64,000 bases of DNA, from NCBI GenBank assembly GCA_947464955.1, contig CANHZI010000001.1, forward strand, positions 12,206 through 76,205, in the 5' to 3' direction. The stretch is from Oxalobacteraceae bacterium. GTDB taxonomy: Bacteria; Pseudomonadota; Gammaproteobacteria; Burkholderiales; Burkholderiaceae_D. The notes beneath the pieces were generated by a model, which did no database searches, was not told the origin of the DNA, and saw nothing but the letters and a program-made list of their open reading frames with translations. Below, in pieces: positions 1-9,809 of the stretch (position 1 is its first letter; every line of letters starts with the position of its first letter). The translations under genes and the position numbers were made by a program.

Positions 1-90
1 CGCGATATTTGAGGCAAGCAACTGCTGACGCTGCCCTCGCACAGAGAGTGCCGTCTCATGAAAACGTAAAAAATCATCAAGTTTATTCAT
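1..90 (-). CDS. flgB: flagellar basal-body rod protein FlgB, first 30 codons only (gene runs off the window start)
   Basis: Reverse-strand translation from the ATG at 90 gives MNKLDDFLRFHETALSVRGQRQQLLASNIA. This is the FlgB-type N-terminus, ending in the axial-protein SNIA(N) motif. It is divergent from flgA, as in enteric flg regions. Confidence 0.75.
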   Translation of the reverse strand, partial: MNKLDDFLRFHETALSVRGQRQQLLASNIA

Positions 91-273
91 TTTGAACTCC
101 TGCATTCCTCAGTGACGGCACACAATGACAGCGGTTTTTGATAGATGCATAGTAAACGCCTCTAAATCAATTCGATATGTCGAGCAAAGAGCAAAAAACC
201 CATCTATTCCTCTGTTTGCATTCCCCTCGCGCGACTACAATTTGTGCATAAACTTTTTATTGCGATTGTATTT

Positions 274-960
274 ATGTCGACCAAGCACTACTTACTTGCT
301 CTCACTTTGATTTGTGCATCAAACAGCTATGCGCAAACGCAGAACTTAGAGAGCATTAAAGAAATCGCGAGGGAATTTTTGAGCAAGAATTCGGCTAGTT
401 TTGGAGAGGCCGCAGTGATCGAAGTTGGGAATATCGACAGTCGATTAAAGTTGACCAACTGCGACGATCCCGCTGCCTTTCTTCCCCCAGGAAGCAAAGC
501 ATGGGGGAAAGTGACTGTCGGGATTAGATGTAGTCGACCAAAGCCATGGCAAGTCTATTTATCGGCACAGGTTCGTATCAGTGGTGAATACTATGTAGCC
601 GCAAGTAATTTGGTGAATGGGCAAATTTTAGCGCCGTCCGACATCATCAAAGTAAATGGTGAACTGTCGAATTTACCCGCTAATGCCATCACCAAACCAC
701 AACTAGTTCTTGGCAAAACAATACAGGGTAGTTATGCCGCTGGTATCGCTTTGCGCTCGGATATGTTCCGCAGCCTACCTGTGGTTCAGCAGGGCCAAAC
801 GGTCAAGGTTGTGAGTTACGGTAAAGGCTTTACTGTTTCTACTGAAGCAACAGCTTTAACAAACGCTAACGAAGGTCAAGTGACCAAAGTAAAAACAAAC
901 AATGGACAACTGATTGCCGGGATTGCTAAACTTGGTGGCATTATAGAAATACAAAATTAA
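274..960 (+). CDS. flgA: flagellar basal-body P-ring formation chaperone FlgA
   Basis: The ORF track gives 244..960. I prefer the ATG at 274, which gives a signal peptide MSTKHYLLALTLICASNSYA-Q. The C-terminal SAF-like region (QGQTVKVV...GEGQVTKVKT..GQLIAG) and the position next to flgM/flgN and opposite flgB fit FlgA. Confidence 0.8.
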   Translation: MSTKHYLLALTLICASNSYAQTQNLESIKEIAREFLSKNSASFGEAAVIEVGNIDSRLKLTNCDDPAAFLPPGSKAWGKVTVGIRCSRPKPWQVYLSAQVRISGEYYVAASNLVNGQILAPSDIIKVNGELSNLPANAITKPQLVLGKTIQGSYAAGIALRSDMFRSLPVVQQGQTVKVVSYGKGFTVSTEATALTNANEGQVTKVKTNNGQLIAGIAKLGGIIEIQN

Positions 961-1000
961 CTTTTGGATGTATTCATCGACAGATTTATGCAAATACGGT

Positions 1001-1027
1001 TAAAGTTTAAAATAAGCGAGCCGTTAC
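1001..1027 (+). promoter_or_regulatory. sigma-28 (FliA) class III promoter for flgM-flgN
   Basis: TAAAGTTT-aaaataagcga-GCCGTTAC compared with the enteric consensus TAAAGTTT-N11-GCCGATAA. The -35 box matches 8/8, the spacer is exactly 11 nt and the -10 box matches 6/8. It lies 44 nt upstream of the flgM GTG. Confidence 0.7.
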
Positions 1028-1070
1028 AGATGATGTAGATGTATGTAAATCCAACCATAGAGGTATCGCC

Positions 1071-1385
1071 GTGAAAATTAATGACTCACTAAGTTCGACC
1101 CAAGGGCTGCCTAACAGCCCCCCTGCACCGCGTGCGGATAAGGCTGGTGACAACGCGAAAGTGGCGACGACACCCTCCATCAATGTGCAAATTTCGCCGC
1201 TTTCAGTGCAGCTTCAAGCAATGCAAAATACACAAGCCAGTGGTGCAGTGTTTGAAGCAAAGAAAGTCGAAGAAATTAAACTAGCTATTTCTGAAGGCCG
1301 TTTTCAGGTTGATGCTGAAAAGGTCGCTGATGGCTTATTGGAAACAGTAAAAGATTTATTAAACGCGAGAAGACAGCCAACATGA
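1071..1385 (+). CDS. flgM: anti-sigma-28 factor FlgM
   Basis: 104 aa with a GTG start after the AGAGG SD. The C-terminal KVEEIKLAISEGRFQVDAEKVADGLL is a typical FlgM sigma-binding region. An ATGA overlap couples it to flgN. Confidence 0.9.
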   Translation: MKINDSLSSTQGLPNSPPAPRADKAGDNAKVATTPSINVQISPLSVQLQAMQNTQASGAVFEAKKVEEIKLAISEGRFQVDAEKVADGLLETVKDLLNARRQPT

Positions 1386-1870
1386 GTGCAAACTTGACCA
1401 ACGTGCATAATATTGCAAATATCATTACACAAGAAGTCGAGTTAATGACATCGTTGGTTCAACTTTTACAAAATGAAGAGCAAATCTTAATTGATAACGC
1501 AGCGGAGAAATTAGAAGGCATCGTTGCGGAAAAAAACAATTTGCTGATGCAAATAATTGCATTAGAAAAGAATCGAAATCAGCAATTAGGGCAAGCAGGT
1601 TTCGGCACCGATGCTGAGGGCATGAATTCGCTGTTATCACAGTTTTCAAGCGAGTTGGATATTGAAGCCAATTGGAAGAGCTTACTGGAACTATCTGCCG
1701 CAGCAAAAGAAAACAATCGCACCAACGGGATCTTGATTAATCGTCAAATGACTCGCAATCAGACTGCGCTGAATATTCTGCAGCAGAACGACCAAACCGC
1801 CGCGGTTTATGGCGCCGATGGCCAATCTCGCTTAAGTTCCAATAGCGGACGCGGCATTATTGCCGGTTGA
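1382..1870 (+). CDS. flgN: flagellar export chaperone FlgN
   Basis: 162 aa helical protein immediately after flgM. The N-terminal L..E...L......LE.....K..L pattern and the position are typical of FlgN. Confidence 0.8.
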   Translation: MSANLTNVHNIANIITQEVELMTSLVQLLQNEEQILIDNAAEKLEGIVAEKNNLLMQIIALEKNRNQQLGQAGFGTDAEGMNSLLSQFSSELDIEANWKSLLELSAAAKENNRTNGILINRQMTRNQTALNILQQNDQTAAVYGADGQSRLSSNSGRGIIAG

Positions 1871-1946
1871 ATCGGTTCACCGCTTCGCTACTCCGGCAAA
1901 CAAAGCGAAAACCCACCAATATAAATGTAAGGCATCATTCTTGAGG

Positions 1947-2723
1947 CTAACGATTAGCCCCTGGAACTGGAACTTCAATTGGCGTATCTGGTAACAATGA
2001 AAGTATCGTAATGGTCACGCGCCGGTTTCGTGCTCGACCCTCAGCTGTATCATTTGCTGCAACTGGTGTCTTCGGCCCTTGTCCAACTGCGGTAATTCGA
2101 GCCTCATCAACACCGCTCTCCATAAACAAACGAGCAACGGTGCTCGCTCGGACCGCAGACAATTCCCAATTGGATGGAAAAACAGAATTCTTAATGGGAA
2201 GATTATCGGTAAAACCTTCAACTTGAATCGCATGATTGTCGCTCTTTAAAACTTCCGCAATCGCCTTCAAGGCTTGTATCGATTCGACGTTAAGTTTTGC
2301 TTCGCCTTGACCAAACAAAAGGCTGGCGTTGATTTCAATTGCAACGCCTCGACTGGTTTGAGTGACTTTTACTTTACCTTCACGAACCAATGGCTCCAAT
2401 ACACCCAGAATATCTCTTGCGACACCCGTCATTTTTTCGCGCTCTTTTTTCAAAGGTTCTGGCGGCTTAGGACGAATACTGGGAATCGGCTCGAGTACGG
2501 ACGTTTGATTCAATTTAGGGTCTGGGATCACCCCTAGCGTCGTCATTGACGTACCGAATGCGCCTGTCAAAGAATTTGAAAGCACCTTATACTTTCCCAC
2601 GTTAAGCGAGGAGATTGCGTACATGACTACAAAAAAAGCAAAGAGCAAGGTCATGAAGTCGGCATAGGATACAAGCCAACGTTCATGATTGTCCGGCTCT
2701 TCAATATACTTTTTTCTCGCCAT
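1947..2723 (-). CDS. motD: flagellar stator protein MotD (MotB/OmpA-like peptidoglycan-binding subunit of the second stator)
   Basis: 258 aa. The N-terminus ERWLVSYADFMTLLFAFFVVMY carries the MotB plug/TM motif with the conserved Asp. The C-terminus has an OmpA-like motif (GFTDN...NWELSAVRA..V...). It follows motC. Confidence 0.85.
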   Translation of the reverse strand: MARKKYIEEPDNHERWLVSYADFMTLLFAFFVVMYAISSLNVGKYKVLSNSLTGAFGTSMTTLGVIPDPKLNQTSVLEPIPSIRPKPPEPLKKEREKMTGVARDILGVLEPLVREGKVKVTQTSRGVAIEINASLLFGQGEAKLNVESIQALKAIAEVLKSDNHAIQVEGFTDNLPIKNSVFPSNWELSAVRASTVARLFMESGVDEARITAVGQGPKTPVAANDTAEGRARNRRVTITILSLLPDTPIEVPVPGANR

Positions 2724-2735
2724 AACTATCGCCTG

Positions 2736-3476
2736 TTACTTTCTGTGGTTGGAGAGACGCTCCTCCACAATTCGAGGGCTATCTCCTTGAGCGATACTAT
2801 AAAAAATGTCAGCCAACATCTCACGACGCACAACTTCACGTCCAACAATTTCCTTGAGCTTATTTGCCACAGGCAGAAAAAACAAATTAGCGAGACCCAC
2901 GCCGTAGATTGTGGCCACGAAAGCAACCGCGATGCCACTGCCTAGTTTGTTTGGGTCGCTTAAATTCTCCATCACATGGATTAGCCCCAATACAGCGCCT
3001 AGAATCCCTATAGTCGGCGAGTAGCCGCCTGCTGCGTCCCAGATCTTTATCGCTTGACGCTGTTCCATCTCATAAAACGAAATATCAACATCAAGAATTT
3101 CCTTGAGGCGCTCAGGATCGACGCCATCGACCACCAATTTCAATCCTTTTTCGATAAATGGATCTTTTGCTGAATCGATATAACGCTCCAAGCTTAAGAA
3201 CCCCTCACGGCGAGCAACGACACTCCATACCAAAGCATCTTGTACGTTCTTTCGATTCTTATCTTCAGGCATGAAGGCGATCCACTTTAGTAGCTTCACA
3301 CCACGAATAAAAACGGGCAATCGACTCTGCAATAGAACTGCACCTATCGTACTGACGACAACGATAGTAAATGCTGCAGGTTGTACTAAAGATGATAGAT
3401 GGCCACCTTCTAGCGTCTGACCCGCTAGAATTCCGACCAAAACCAGTACGATCCCAATTAGGCTAGCCCGGTCCAC
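2736..3476 (-). CDS. motC: flagellar stator protein MotC (MotA/PomA-like)
   Basis: 246 aa, the same length as Pseudomonas aeruginosa MotC and closely similar in my recollection (MD..SLIG...LEGGH, GGYSPTIGILGAVLGLIHVM, GSGIAVAFVATIYGV). The start overlaps the fliA 3' end by 19 nt. Confidence 0.85.
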   Translation of the reverse strand: MDRASLIGIVLVLVGILAGQTLEGGHLSSLVQPAAFTIVVVSTIGAVLLQSRLPVFIRGVKLLKWIAFMPEDKNRKNVQDALVWSVVARREGFLSLERYIDSAKDPFIEKGLKLVVDGVDPERLKEILDVDISFYEMEQRQAIKIWDAAGGYSPTIGILGAVLGLIHVMENLSDPNKLGSGIAVAFVATIYGVGLANLFFLPVANKLKEIVGREVVRREMLADIFYSIAQGDSPRIVEERLSNHRK

Positions 3477-4192
3477 GCTCGCTCCCTTAATGATGCGCGC
3501 AAACGTGCAACCGCTTGGCTATGAAGCTGCGATACACGCGATTCAGAGACTCCCATTACAGCTCCAATCTCTTTAAGATTAAGTTCCTGCTCATAGTACA
3601 AACCCATTAGCAATTTCTCACGTTCGGGAAGCGCATTAATCGCATGCACCACGGCGTCACGAAAATCGCCATGCAAGAGATCTTGTAAGGGATCTCCTGA
3701 ACGCTCATCGTTACAAAAATGATCTAGGAAATGTTCCTTGGTATCAGCATCATGAAAATCTTCGTAATACAAAAGCTGGTGTCCGCCGCTTTCGCCCAGT
3801 AACTCCTGATAATCCGCCAATGATAACTTCAAATGTTTGGCAACTTCGGTTTCGAGTGGCGAGCGTCCTAAACGCTGCTGCAATTCATTCATCGCGTTTT
3901 CAATCTTGCGCATGTTTTGGCGCACGCCACGCGGCAACCAATCACTACTGCGCAGCTCATCTAACATGGCCCCGCGAATCCGCTGAATCGCGTAGGTTTC
4001 GAATTGCGCGCCGTGCGTCTCTTCATAGCGATTCACTGCGTCTAACAAGCCTATCATTCCAGCCTGAACTAAATCATCCACTTCTACACTAGGGGGAAGT
4101 CTTGCTTTTAACTGATATGCCAAACGCTTTACCAACGGAGCATGCTCAGTAAGTATCGAGTTTTTATCTGACTTGCCACTTGCTGTGTACAT
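3458..4192 (-). CDS. fliA: flagellar sigma factor FliA (sigma-28)
   Basis: 244 aa. Region 2 reads DDLVQAGMIGLLDAVNRYE...FETYAIQRIRGAMLDELR. Region 4 reads LKEIGAVMGVSESRVSQLHSQAV. Confidence 0.95.
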   Translation of the reverse strand: MYTASGKSDKNSILTEHAPLVKRLAYQLKARLPPSVEVDDLVQAGMIGLLDAVNRYEETHGAQFETYAIQRIRGAMLDELRSSDWLPRGVRQNMRKIENAMNELQQRLGRSPLETEVAKHLKLSLADYQELLGESGGHQLLYYEDFHDADTKEHFLDHFCNDERSGDPLQDLLHGDFRDAVVHAINALPEREKLLMGLYYEQELNLKEIGAVMGVSESRVSQLHSQAVARLRASLRERAWTGLA

Positions 4193-4199
4193 AAATTAA

Positions 4200-5042
4200 T
4201 TAATATTCCAATTGCGCACCTACCATAGGAGCAGAGTTAAATCTCAAACTACTTGTCGCTGTAGCTATGAGTTTATCAGCAATGCGCACAAATGCATTCG
4301 ATGCCTTCGATAAAGGGAACGCTTCTACAACAGATCTGCCCGCTTCGGTCGCACGTTTCAAATACATGTCCTCGGGAATAAAGCCGACCAAGTCAAGTTC
4401 CACCGCAAGGTATCGTTTAGCCGTCATTGATAAATTTGCAAAGATCAACTCCGCCTGTTGCTGACTCACACTTGTTACCACGATTCCAAAATGTCGAATC
4501 CCAATGCTGTGCTGTAACCGCTTAATTAAGCCATACGCAGACTTGATCGTTGATGGATCTGAAGATAACTGAATAATCACATCACTATCGTCAAAAGACG
4601 ACAATAAAAAAGTGTCATCTTTATTGAGTTCACAATCAACCACTACCACATCAGAACGACTTGCAGCTATATCAAACACTTTCGACAACTCTCGAAAACC
4701 GCTTTGTGGTAGTTGTAAACTACTCGGAGTTGTGTGACTAACTTTGGTGACGGACAATCCTGGCGAAACCTCTTTAATGACAAATTCCATTGTACGCTTT
4801 TGTCTCGCCACGTCCAACAAAGTCTGATCCGCTTGTAGATTCAACCAAGCACTTAAACTCGACTCTGATGTCTTGGCGTCTACCATCAAGGTATGCTTCC
4901 CTCTTCGAGCCAAACTCGCAGAAAGATTAATCACTGTTCCATTGCGCTCAGACTCCGGTAACGCCGATAAAAAAGTTAACACGCGTTGCTTTGGCAATTC
5001 AAGCATGCGACGAAGGCCTTCGGCCTGATCATAATTAGCCAA
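4200..5042 (-). CDS. flhG: FlhG/FleN-family flagellar number regulator with a degenerate Walker A motif
   Basis: 280 aa lying between flhF and fliA. It aligns by eye along its full length to FleN (…AFPLSKASNAFVRIADKL). It keeps the N-terminal DQAEGLRR motif. Where FleN has GGKGGVGKT, this protein has SALPESERN. Confidence 0.8.
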   Translation of the reverse strand: MANYDQAEGLRRMLELPKQRVLTFLSALPESERNGTVINLSASLARRGKHTLMVDAKTSESSLSAWLNLQADQTLLDVARQKRTMEFVIKEVSPGLSVTKVSHTTPSSLQLPQSGFRELSKVFDIAASRSDVVVVDCELNKDDTFLLSSFDDSDVIIQLSSDPSTIKSAYGLIKRLQHSIGIRHFGIVVTSVSQQQAELIFANLSMTAKRYLAVELDLVGFIPEDMYLKRATEAGRSVVEAFPLSKASNAFVRIADKLIATATSSLRFNSAPMVGAQLEY

Positions 5043-6285
5043 GAGACACCTCCAGACTGATTCCTTGCAATCCTGTGTGTGCCATCAACAATGGCAATTC
5101 TTCATTCTGCAACTTAAATGCCGAGGTTTCTCGTTTCAGTTTAAACGCACGATCGACTAAGTATTGTTTGTTGGCGACGTGAAGATCCTCTGGAACCCGC
5201 TGTCCACTTGCGACATAGTAGATATTGAGCTTTTGGCGAATCGCAATATCAAGTGCACCACCGATGGTGGCAGCTTCATCTAATTTGGTTAAGATACAGC
5301 CCGATAATCCGGCTCCGGCATAGGCACGAACAACTTCGCTCAGCGTCTCGCCCGTTGAGGTCGCATTCAGGCACAGCAATCGTTTTACATCCAAACCACT
5401 ACCCGAGAGCATTGCCACCTGCTCAGTCACCATTTTATCGCGCTGGCTTACGCCAACTGTATCGATAAGGACCGTATGTTTATTCTTAAGTTCAGCTAAT
5501 GCGATTCTCAGATCCGCCTCGTCTTTTACTGAGTGCACCATCACGCCTAAAATTTTTCCATAGATGCGCAATTGCTCATAGGCGCCTATACGATAGCCGT
5601 CGGTCGTAATGAGTGCTAGCTTTGATGGCCCATGACGCATCACACATCGAGCGGCGAGTTTTGCAGTCGTAGTCGTCTTACCAACGCCGGTCGGACCGAC
5701 TAGTGCATACACTCCACCTTTCTCCAAAATTTCACTCTCATTGCTAATGGTTGAAAGGTTTCTAGTCAATACACTCTTAATCCAATCTAATCCATTATTC
5801 GTTTGTTCGGTCGCAGGAAGTTTATCAATCAGATGACGCGCCAAACTTGCACTAAATCCTGTTGCCAACATTTCGCGCATGAGTTCTGATTTACGCGGCT
5901 CTCTTTGCTGTGTATTTATCCAAGAAATCTCAGAAATCTTATTCTCCAAGATTGCACGCATGGACCGGATCTCATTCATCATTTGAGCCACATCATTTGG
6001 GTTATGTGCGGCATCGCTATTGTGCTGCAGCCCCACCAACATCGAAGCATCTGACCTCGTTTTTGATTGGCTTACTTGCGGATTGAAACGTAGTTCACTA
6101 TCTAACATTTTTGCTTTTGACGCCTCAGGAGCAATCGCACCTAGCGTCGAATCATCCATGGCCAATATCTCAACCCGACCATCGACATTTTTATTCGACA
6201 GTATCACCGCGTCTTCGCCGAGTGCCTCTCTTACTTTACGCAAGGCTTCACGCGATGTTGGGGCAGTAAATTTTTTCACGTTCAT
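5035..6285 (-). CDS. flhF: flagellar biosynthesis SRP-type GTPase FlhF
   Basis: 416 aa. G1 is GPTGVGKTTTTAKLAA, G3 is DTVGVSQRD and G4 is TKLDE. Confidence 0.93.
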   Translation of the reverse strand: MNVKKFTAPTSREALRKVREALGEDAVILSNKNVDGRVEILAMDDSTLGAIAPEASKAKMLDSELRFNPQVSQSKTRSDASMLVGLQHNSDAAHNPNDVAQMMNEIRSMRAILENKISEISWINTQQREPRKSELMREMLATGFSASLARHLIDKLPATEQTNNGLDWIKSVLTRNLSTISNESEILEKGGVYALVGPTGVGKTTTTAKLAARCVMRHGPSKLALITTDGYRIGAYEQLRIYGKILGVMVHSVKDEADLRIALAELKNKHTVLIDTVGVSQRDKMVTEQVAMLSGSGLDVKRLLCLNATSTGETLSEVVRAYAGAGLSGCILTKLDEAATIGGALDIAIRQKLNIYYVASGQRVPEDLHVANKQYLVDRAFKLKRETSAFKLQNEELPLLMAHTGLQGISLEVSLG

Positions 6286-8369
6286 AATTGACCTCCGACC
6301 AGGCTAGTAACCCGGATAGTTTTATTCTCTGGTAATTCAGAATGGGACAAGACCTTCACTTGAGGTAAGGTGCGACGCAGGAAACGCGATAGTAACAAGC
6401 GCAGAGGGCCAGGAACCAACAGTACTGGCGTCAGTCCCAATTGCTGTTGATGCTGCGCTGCCGATTCCGTTTGCAGCGCGATTGTGTCAGCCAGACCAGG
6501 TTCCATAGTCGCGCCATCAACACCAGTTCCTTGCAGGGTCTGCATTAATAAACGCTCTAATTTCGCATCCAATGTCATCACTGATAATTCGTTCCCAGTC
6601 GGGAAAATTTGCTGCACGATAGCGCGTCCAAGTGCAATCCTCACTTGCGCCGTTAGCTCCGTTGGATCCTGAGAATGGGCTGCGAATTCCGCAAGTGTTT
6701 CGACAATTGTCCGCATGTCGCGAATATGAACACCTTCAACCAACAGATTCTGTAAAACCTTTTGAATAACAGAGAGACTCAACAAGCGTGGCGTCAAATC
6801 CTCAATTAATTTCGGAGAGTCTTTACCTAAATGATCGAGTAACTGCTGGACTTCATGGCGCCCCAATAACTCAGATGCATTTGAAGTGATTAAGTGGTTT
6901 AGGTGCGTGGCCACAACTGTACCCGCATCAACAACTGTGTACCCCAATGATTGCGCTAACTCGCGCGAGGACGCATCAATCCACACTGCTGGCAGACCAA
7001 ATGCCGGATCTGTTGTTGGAACACCGGGTACGGCACCAGAAACCATCCCAGGATCAATCGCCAAATACTGTCCCATATTCGCTTCGCCAACCCCGATCTC
7101 AACCCCCTTCAAGCTAATCCGATACGCTGAAGGTTTTAACTCAAGATTGTCGCGAATGTGAACTGGAGGTGAAAGGAATCCAATTTCTTGTGCGAATTTC
7201 TTTCTAATCCCTTTAATACGACGCAGTAGTTCACCGCCTTGGGTTTTGTCAACCAAAGGAATCAATCGATATCCAACTTCCAAACCTAAGGTATCGACAG
7301 GCAAAATGTCTTGCCAAGTCGCCTCCTCCATTTCAGGCGCGGCCGTACTTGTTTGTTCGACTTTTGTTTCCGATTGCGGAGTCTGTGCTTTCTTATTCGC
7401 CAGCAAATAACCTGCGCCAGCTAAAGTCGATGCAAGAAGAATAAATGCAAAGTGAGGCATCCCAGGGATAATACCGAGCCCACCAATAATGGCTGCGGTA
7501 ATGTAGAGAACCTGTGGCTTACCGAATAACTGACTGACAAACTGATTACCGATATCCTGCTCACTTGCTACCCTAGATACAACGATACCGGCTGCCGTTG
7601 AAATGATCAGCGAGGGGATTTGCGCGACTAGACCATCACCAATAGCTAACAACGCGTATATCTTTGATGCACTAGCAAAATCCAAATCATGTTGAACCAT
7701 ACCAACGATCAGTCCACCGACGATATTGATCAAGGTAACGATAATGCCAGCTACCGCATCGCCTTTGACGTACTTACTCGCACCGTCCATTGCACCATAG
7801 AACTCCGCCTCTTGTGCCACTTCAGTGCGCCGGCGTCTAGCTTCCTGTTCTGCTATAAGACCAGCATTTAAGTCGGCATCAATTGCCATCTGCTTCCCTG
7901 GCATCGCATCCAAAGCAAAACGTGCACCCACCTCTGCGATACGACCAGCGCCTTTTGTCACCACAGTAAAATTAATAATCGTCAGAATGACGAACACCAC
8001 AATACCAACGGTGTAGTTACCGCCGATTAGGAAATGGCCAAAAGCTTCAATCACTTTACCAGCTGCATCAGGGCCGGTATGACCTTCAGTCAAGACGACG
8101 CGAGTCGATGCTACATTCAGTGATAGGCGCAGCATAGTGCTAACCAATAAGACCGATGGAAACACCATAAAATCTAGAGGTTTCACTGTATATAAACTCG
8201 TCAATAAGACGATGATCGCTAAAGCGATATTGAAACTAAAAAAAATGTCGAGTGCAAACGGGGGCAAAGGTAAAATCATCATCGCCAGCATCATGACGAT
8301 TAGGATTGGAGCTGCTATGGCCTTCGACCCTGGACCACTCATCCATCCGCTAATTTTTGTCCAATTCAT
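6282..8369 (-). CDS. flhA: flagellar type III export gate protein FlhA
   Basis: 695 aa. It has a multi-TM N-terminal domain, the FHIPEP-type conserved block (GAGRIAEVGARFALDAMPGKQMAIDADLNAG) and a cytoplasmic C-domain. Confidence 0.97.
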   Translation of the reverse strand: MNWTKISGWMSGPGSKAIAAPILIVMMLAMMILPLPPFALDIFFSFNIALAIIVLLTSLYTVKPLDFMVFPSVLLVSTMLRLSLNVASTRVVLTEGHTGPDAAGKVIEAFGHFLIGGNYTVGIVVFVILTIINFTVVTKGAGRIAEVGARFALDAMPGKQMAIDADLNAGLIAEQEARRRRTEVAQEAEFYGAMDGASKYVKGDAVAGIIVTLINIVGGLIVGMVQHDLDFASASKIYALLAIGDGLVAQIPSLIISTAAGIVVSRVASEQDIGNQFVSQLFGKPQVLYITAAIIGGLGIIPGMPHFAFILLASTLAGAGYLLANKKAQTPQSETKVEQTSTAAPEMEEATWQDILPVDTLGLEVGYRLIPLVDKTQGGELLRRIKGIRKKFAQEIGFLSPPVHIRDNLELKPSAYRISLKGVEIGVGEANMGQYLAIDPGMVSGAVPGVPTTDPAFGLPAVWIDASSRELAQSLGYTVVDAGTVVATHLNHLITSNASELLGRHEVQQLLDHLGKDSPKLIEDLTPRLLSLSVIQKVLQNLLVEGVHIRDMRTIVETLAEFAAHSQDPTELTAQVRIALGRAIVQQIFPTGNELSVMTLDAKLERLLMQTLQGTGVDGATMEPGLADTIALQTESAAQHQQQLGLTPVLLVPGPLRLLLSRFLRRTLPQVKVLSHSELPENKTIRVTSLVGGQL

Positions 8370-9517
8370 ACTTCTACCTCGTTCACTTTATTGAGTGGAT
8401 CTAATTCTTTAGGGACTTCAACATTATTTGGTTCAACGGGACGGACTCCACCGCTGGTTTTGAAGGTCCGCAATTGGAATACATAAGCGAGAACTTCAGC
8501 AACTGCGGCATACAAGGCCTCTGGAATTTGATCGCCAAGCTCAGTATGCTTATACAGTGCACGTGCCAAAGGTGGTGCTTCTAAAATCGGCACATTATGC
8601 TCTTTTGCCAGTTCCCGAATTTTGGCCGCGACGGCGTCGGCGCCTTTGGCAACTACGCGTGGCGCACCATTGCCTTCGGAATATTTCAACGCAACAGAAA
8701 AGTGCGTAGGGTTAGTTACAACAACATCGGCGGTTGGCACTTCAGCCATCATGCGTCGACGTGCCATCTCCCGTTGCTGTTGACGAATCTTTGCCTTAAT
8801 CTGAGGGTTACCATTCGCCTCTTTAGATTCTTGTACCACCTCTTCCCGCGTCATTTTCAATTTTTGTGCGTATTCCCACATCTGATACGGAGCGTCAATC
8901 GCTGCAATGATGACCAGACCAGCAACAATCGCAAGGAAGGAAAAACCAAGCATGCTACCCAAATGTTGAGGGCCACGATCGAACGATTCCAAGGCTAGTC
9001 CAAAGATCGCTTCCTTCTGCTTGTTCACAACAATCCAGGCGATACTTCCAATGAGTATGGTTTTTAGAATCGCCTTAACTAATTCGACACCGGCTCTCGC
9101 CGAGACGATATTTCCGAGCCCATTTATCGGATCTAAACGCTCAAATTTTGGCTGGAATGCTTTGGCGCTAAACATCCATCCCCCGATTAACAGCGGTGAA
9201 CCGACCGCCGCCACAATAAACAATAAGGCGATGGGAGCAAACGCAATCATCACATCGAGAATCATGGCGAGAATTTTTGAAGTCAGAAAATTCGCATCGA
9301 AGGCTGCTGCTCGCTCGAACGCCAAACCGCTGGTAAGCGTGACTCCCAATCGATGTGATAGACTGCCCCCGAGTGCATACAAACCGCCTCCAGCCGCGAG
9401 CAAAACCAAACACGTAGACAATTCACGTGAACGTGGCACATCCCCCTCTTCGCGCGCTTTCTCTAGCCGCTGGGGTGAGGCCTCTTCGGTCCGTTCTAGT
9501 CCGCTATCTTCTGCCAT
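8366..9517 (-). CDS. flhB: flagellar export switch protein FlhB
   Basis: 383 aa. It carries the NPTH autocleavage motif (VVVTNPTHFSVAL) and an N-terminal SPQRLEKAREEGDVPRS. Confidence 0.97.
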   Translation of the reverse strand: MAEDSGLERTEEASPQRLEKAREEGDVPRSRELSTCLVLLAAGGGLYALGGSLSHRLGVTLTSGLAFERAAAFDANFLTSKILAMILDVMIAFAPIALLFIVAAVGSPLLIGGWMFSAKAFQPKFERLDPINGLGNIVSARAGVELVKAILKTILIGSIAWIVVNKQKEAIFGLALESFDRGPQHLGSMLGFSFLAIVAGLVIIAAIDAPYQMWEYAQKLKMTREEVVQESKEANGNPQIKAKIRQQQREMARRRMMAEVPTADVVVTNPTHFSVALKYSEGNGAPRVVAKGADAVAAKIRELAKEHNVPILEAPPLARALYKHTELGDQIPEALYAAVAEVLAYVFQLRTFKTSGGVRPVEPNNVEVPKELDPLNKVNEVEV

Positions 9518-9750
9518 GGAATCAATCCGCTACAAATGCACAACACTCGCTTTTTCTATAGCTATGATTATTCTTGAAAAGAAGATGTCTAGATCACTCG
9601 AATAGACAGTGAAACTCCCCCTATTTCCCAAGAACAAGTTTTTCAGAGGGCGTACCCTGCTGATTATTTAAAACTTCAGCAGATGCATGTAACTGTAAAA
9701 ATTTTAAGAAACGCCTCGGGCTTCTTTCCATTGCGTTCCAATTTTGAAAT

Positions 9751-9776
9751 AAAAAAACCGCCGTAAAAGGCGGTTT
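9751..9776 (-). terminator. Rho-independent terminator closing the mot/che/HDOD gene string
   Basis: On the minus strand: AAACCGCC-ttttac-GGCGGTTT followed by TTTT. This is an 8-bp GC-rich stem plus a U-tract, 34 nt after the stop of the gene at 9810. Confidence 0.85.
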
Positions 9777-9809
9777 CTGAGGAAGATTAAATTTTAGGAA
9801 AATTTACAA

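Noticed and set aside
125-310. A 61-aa plus-strand ORF in the flgB-flgA divergent promoter region.
   Set aside because: - It overlaps the flgA start in another frame.
- It has no SD and no recognisable features.
- The region is better explained as the divergent flgB/flgA promoter.
1871-1946. A possible bidirectional terminator between the convergent flgN and motD genes (TTCGCT...AGCGAA).
   Set aside because: - The stem is only 6 bp, with a 13-nt loop.
- There is no clear U-tract on either strand.
- This is too weak to call.
9021-9605. Long antisense ORFs opposite well-supported genes. Examples: 9021-9605 opposite flhB, 13277-13810 opposite cheD/cheB, 21028-21528 opposite the methyltransferase/flhC, 37896-38438 opposite purA, 39954-40442 opposite hflC.
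   Set aside because: - Each lies entirely within, and antisense to, a gene with strong family motifs.
- Their translations are low-complexity, or Arg/Ser/Cys-rich, with no recognisable motifs.
- They are typical shadow ORFs.
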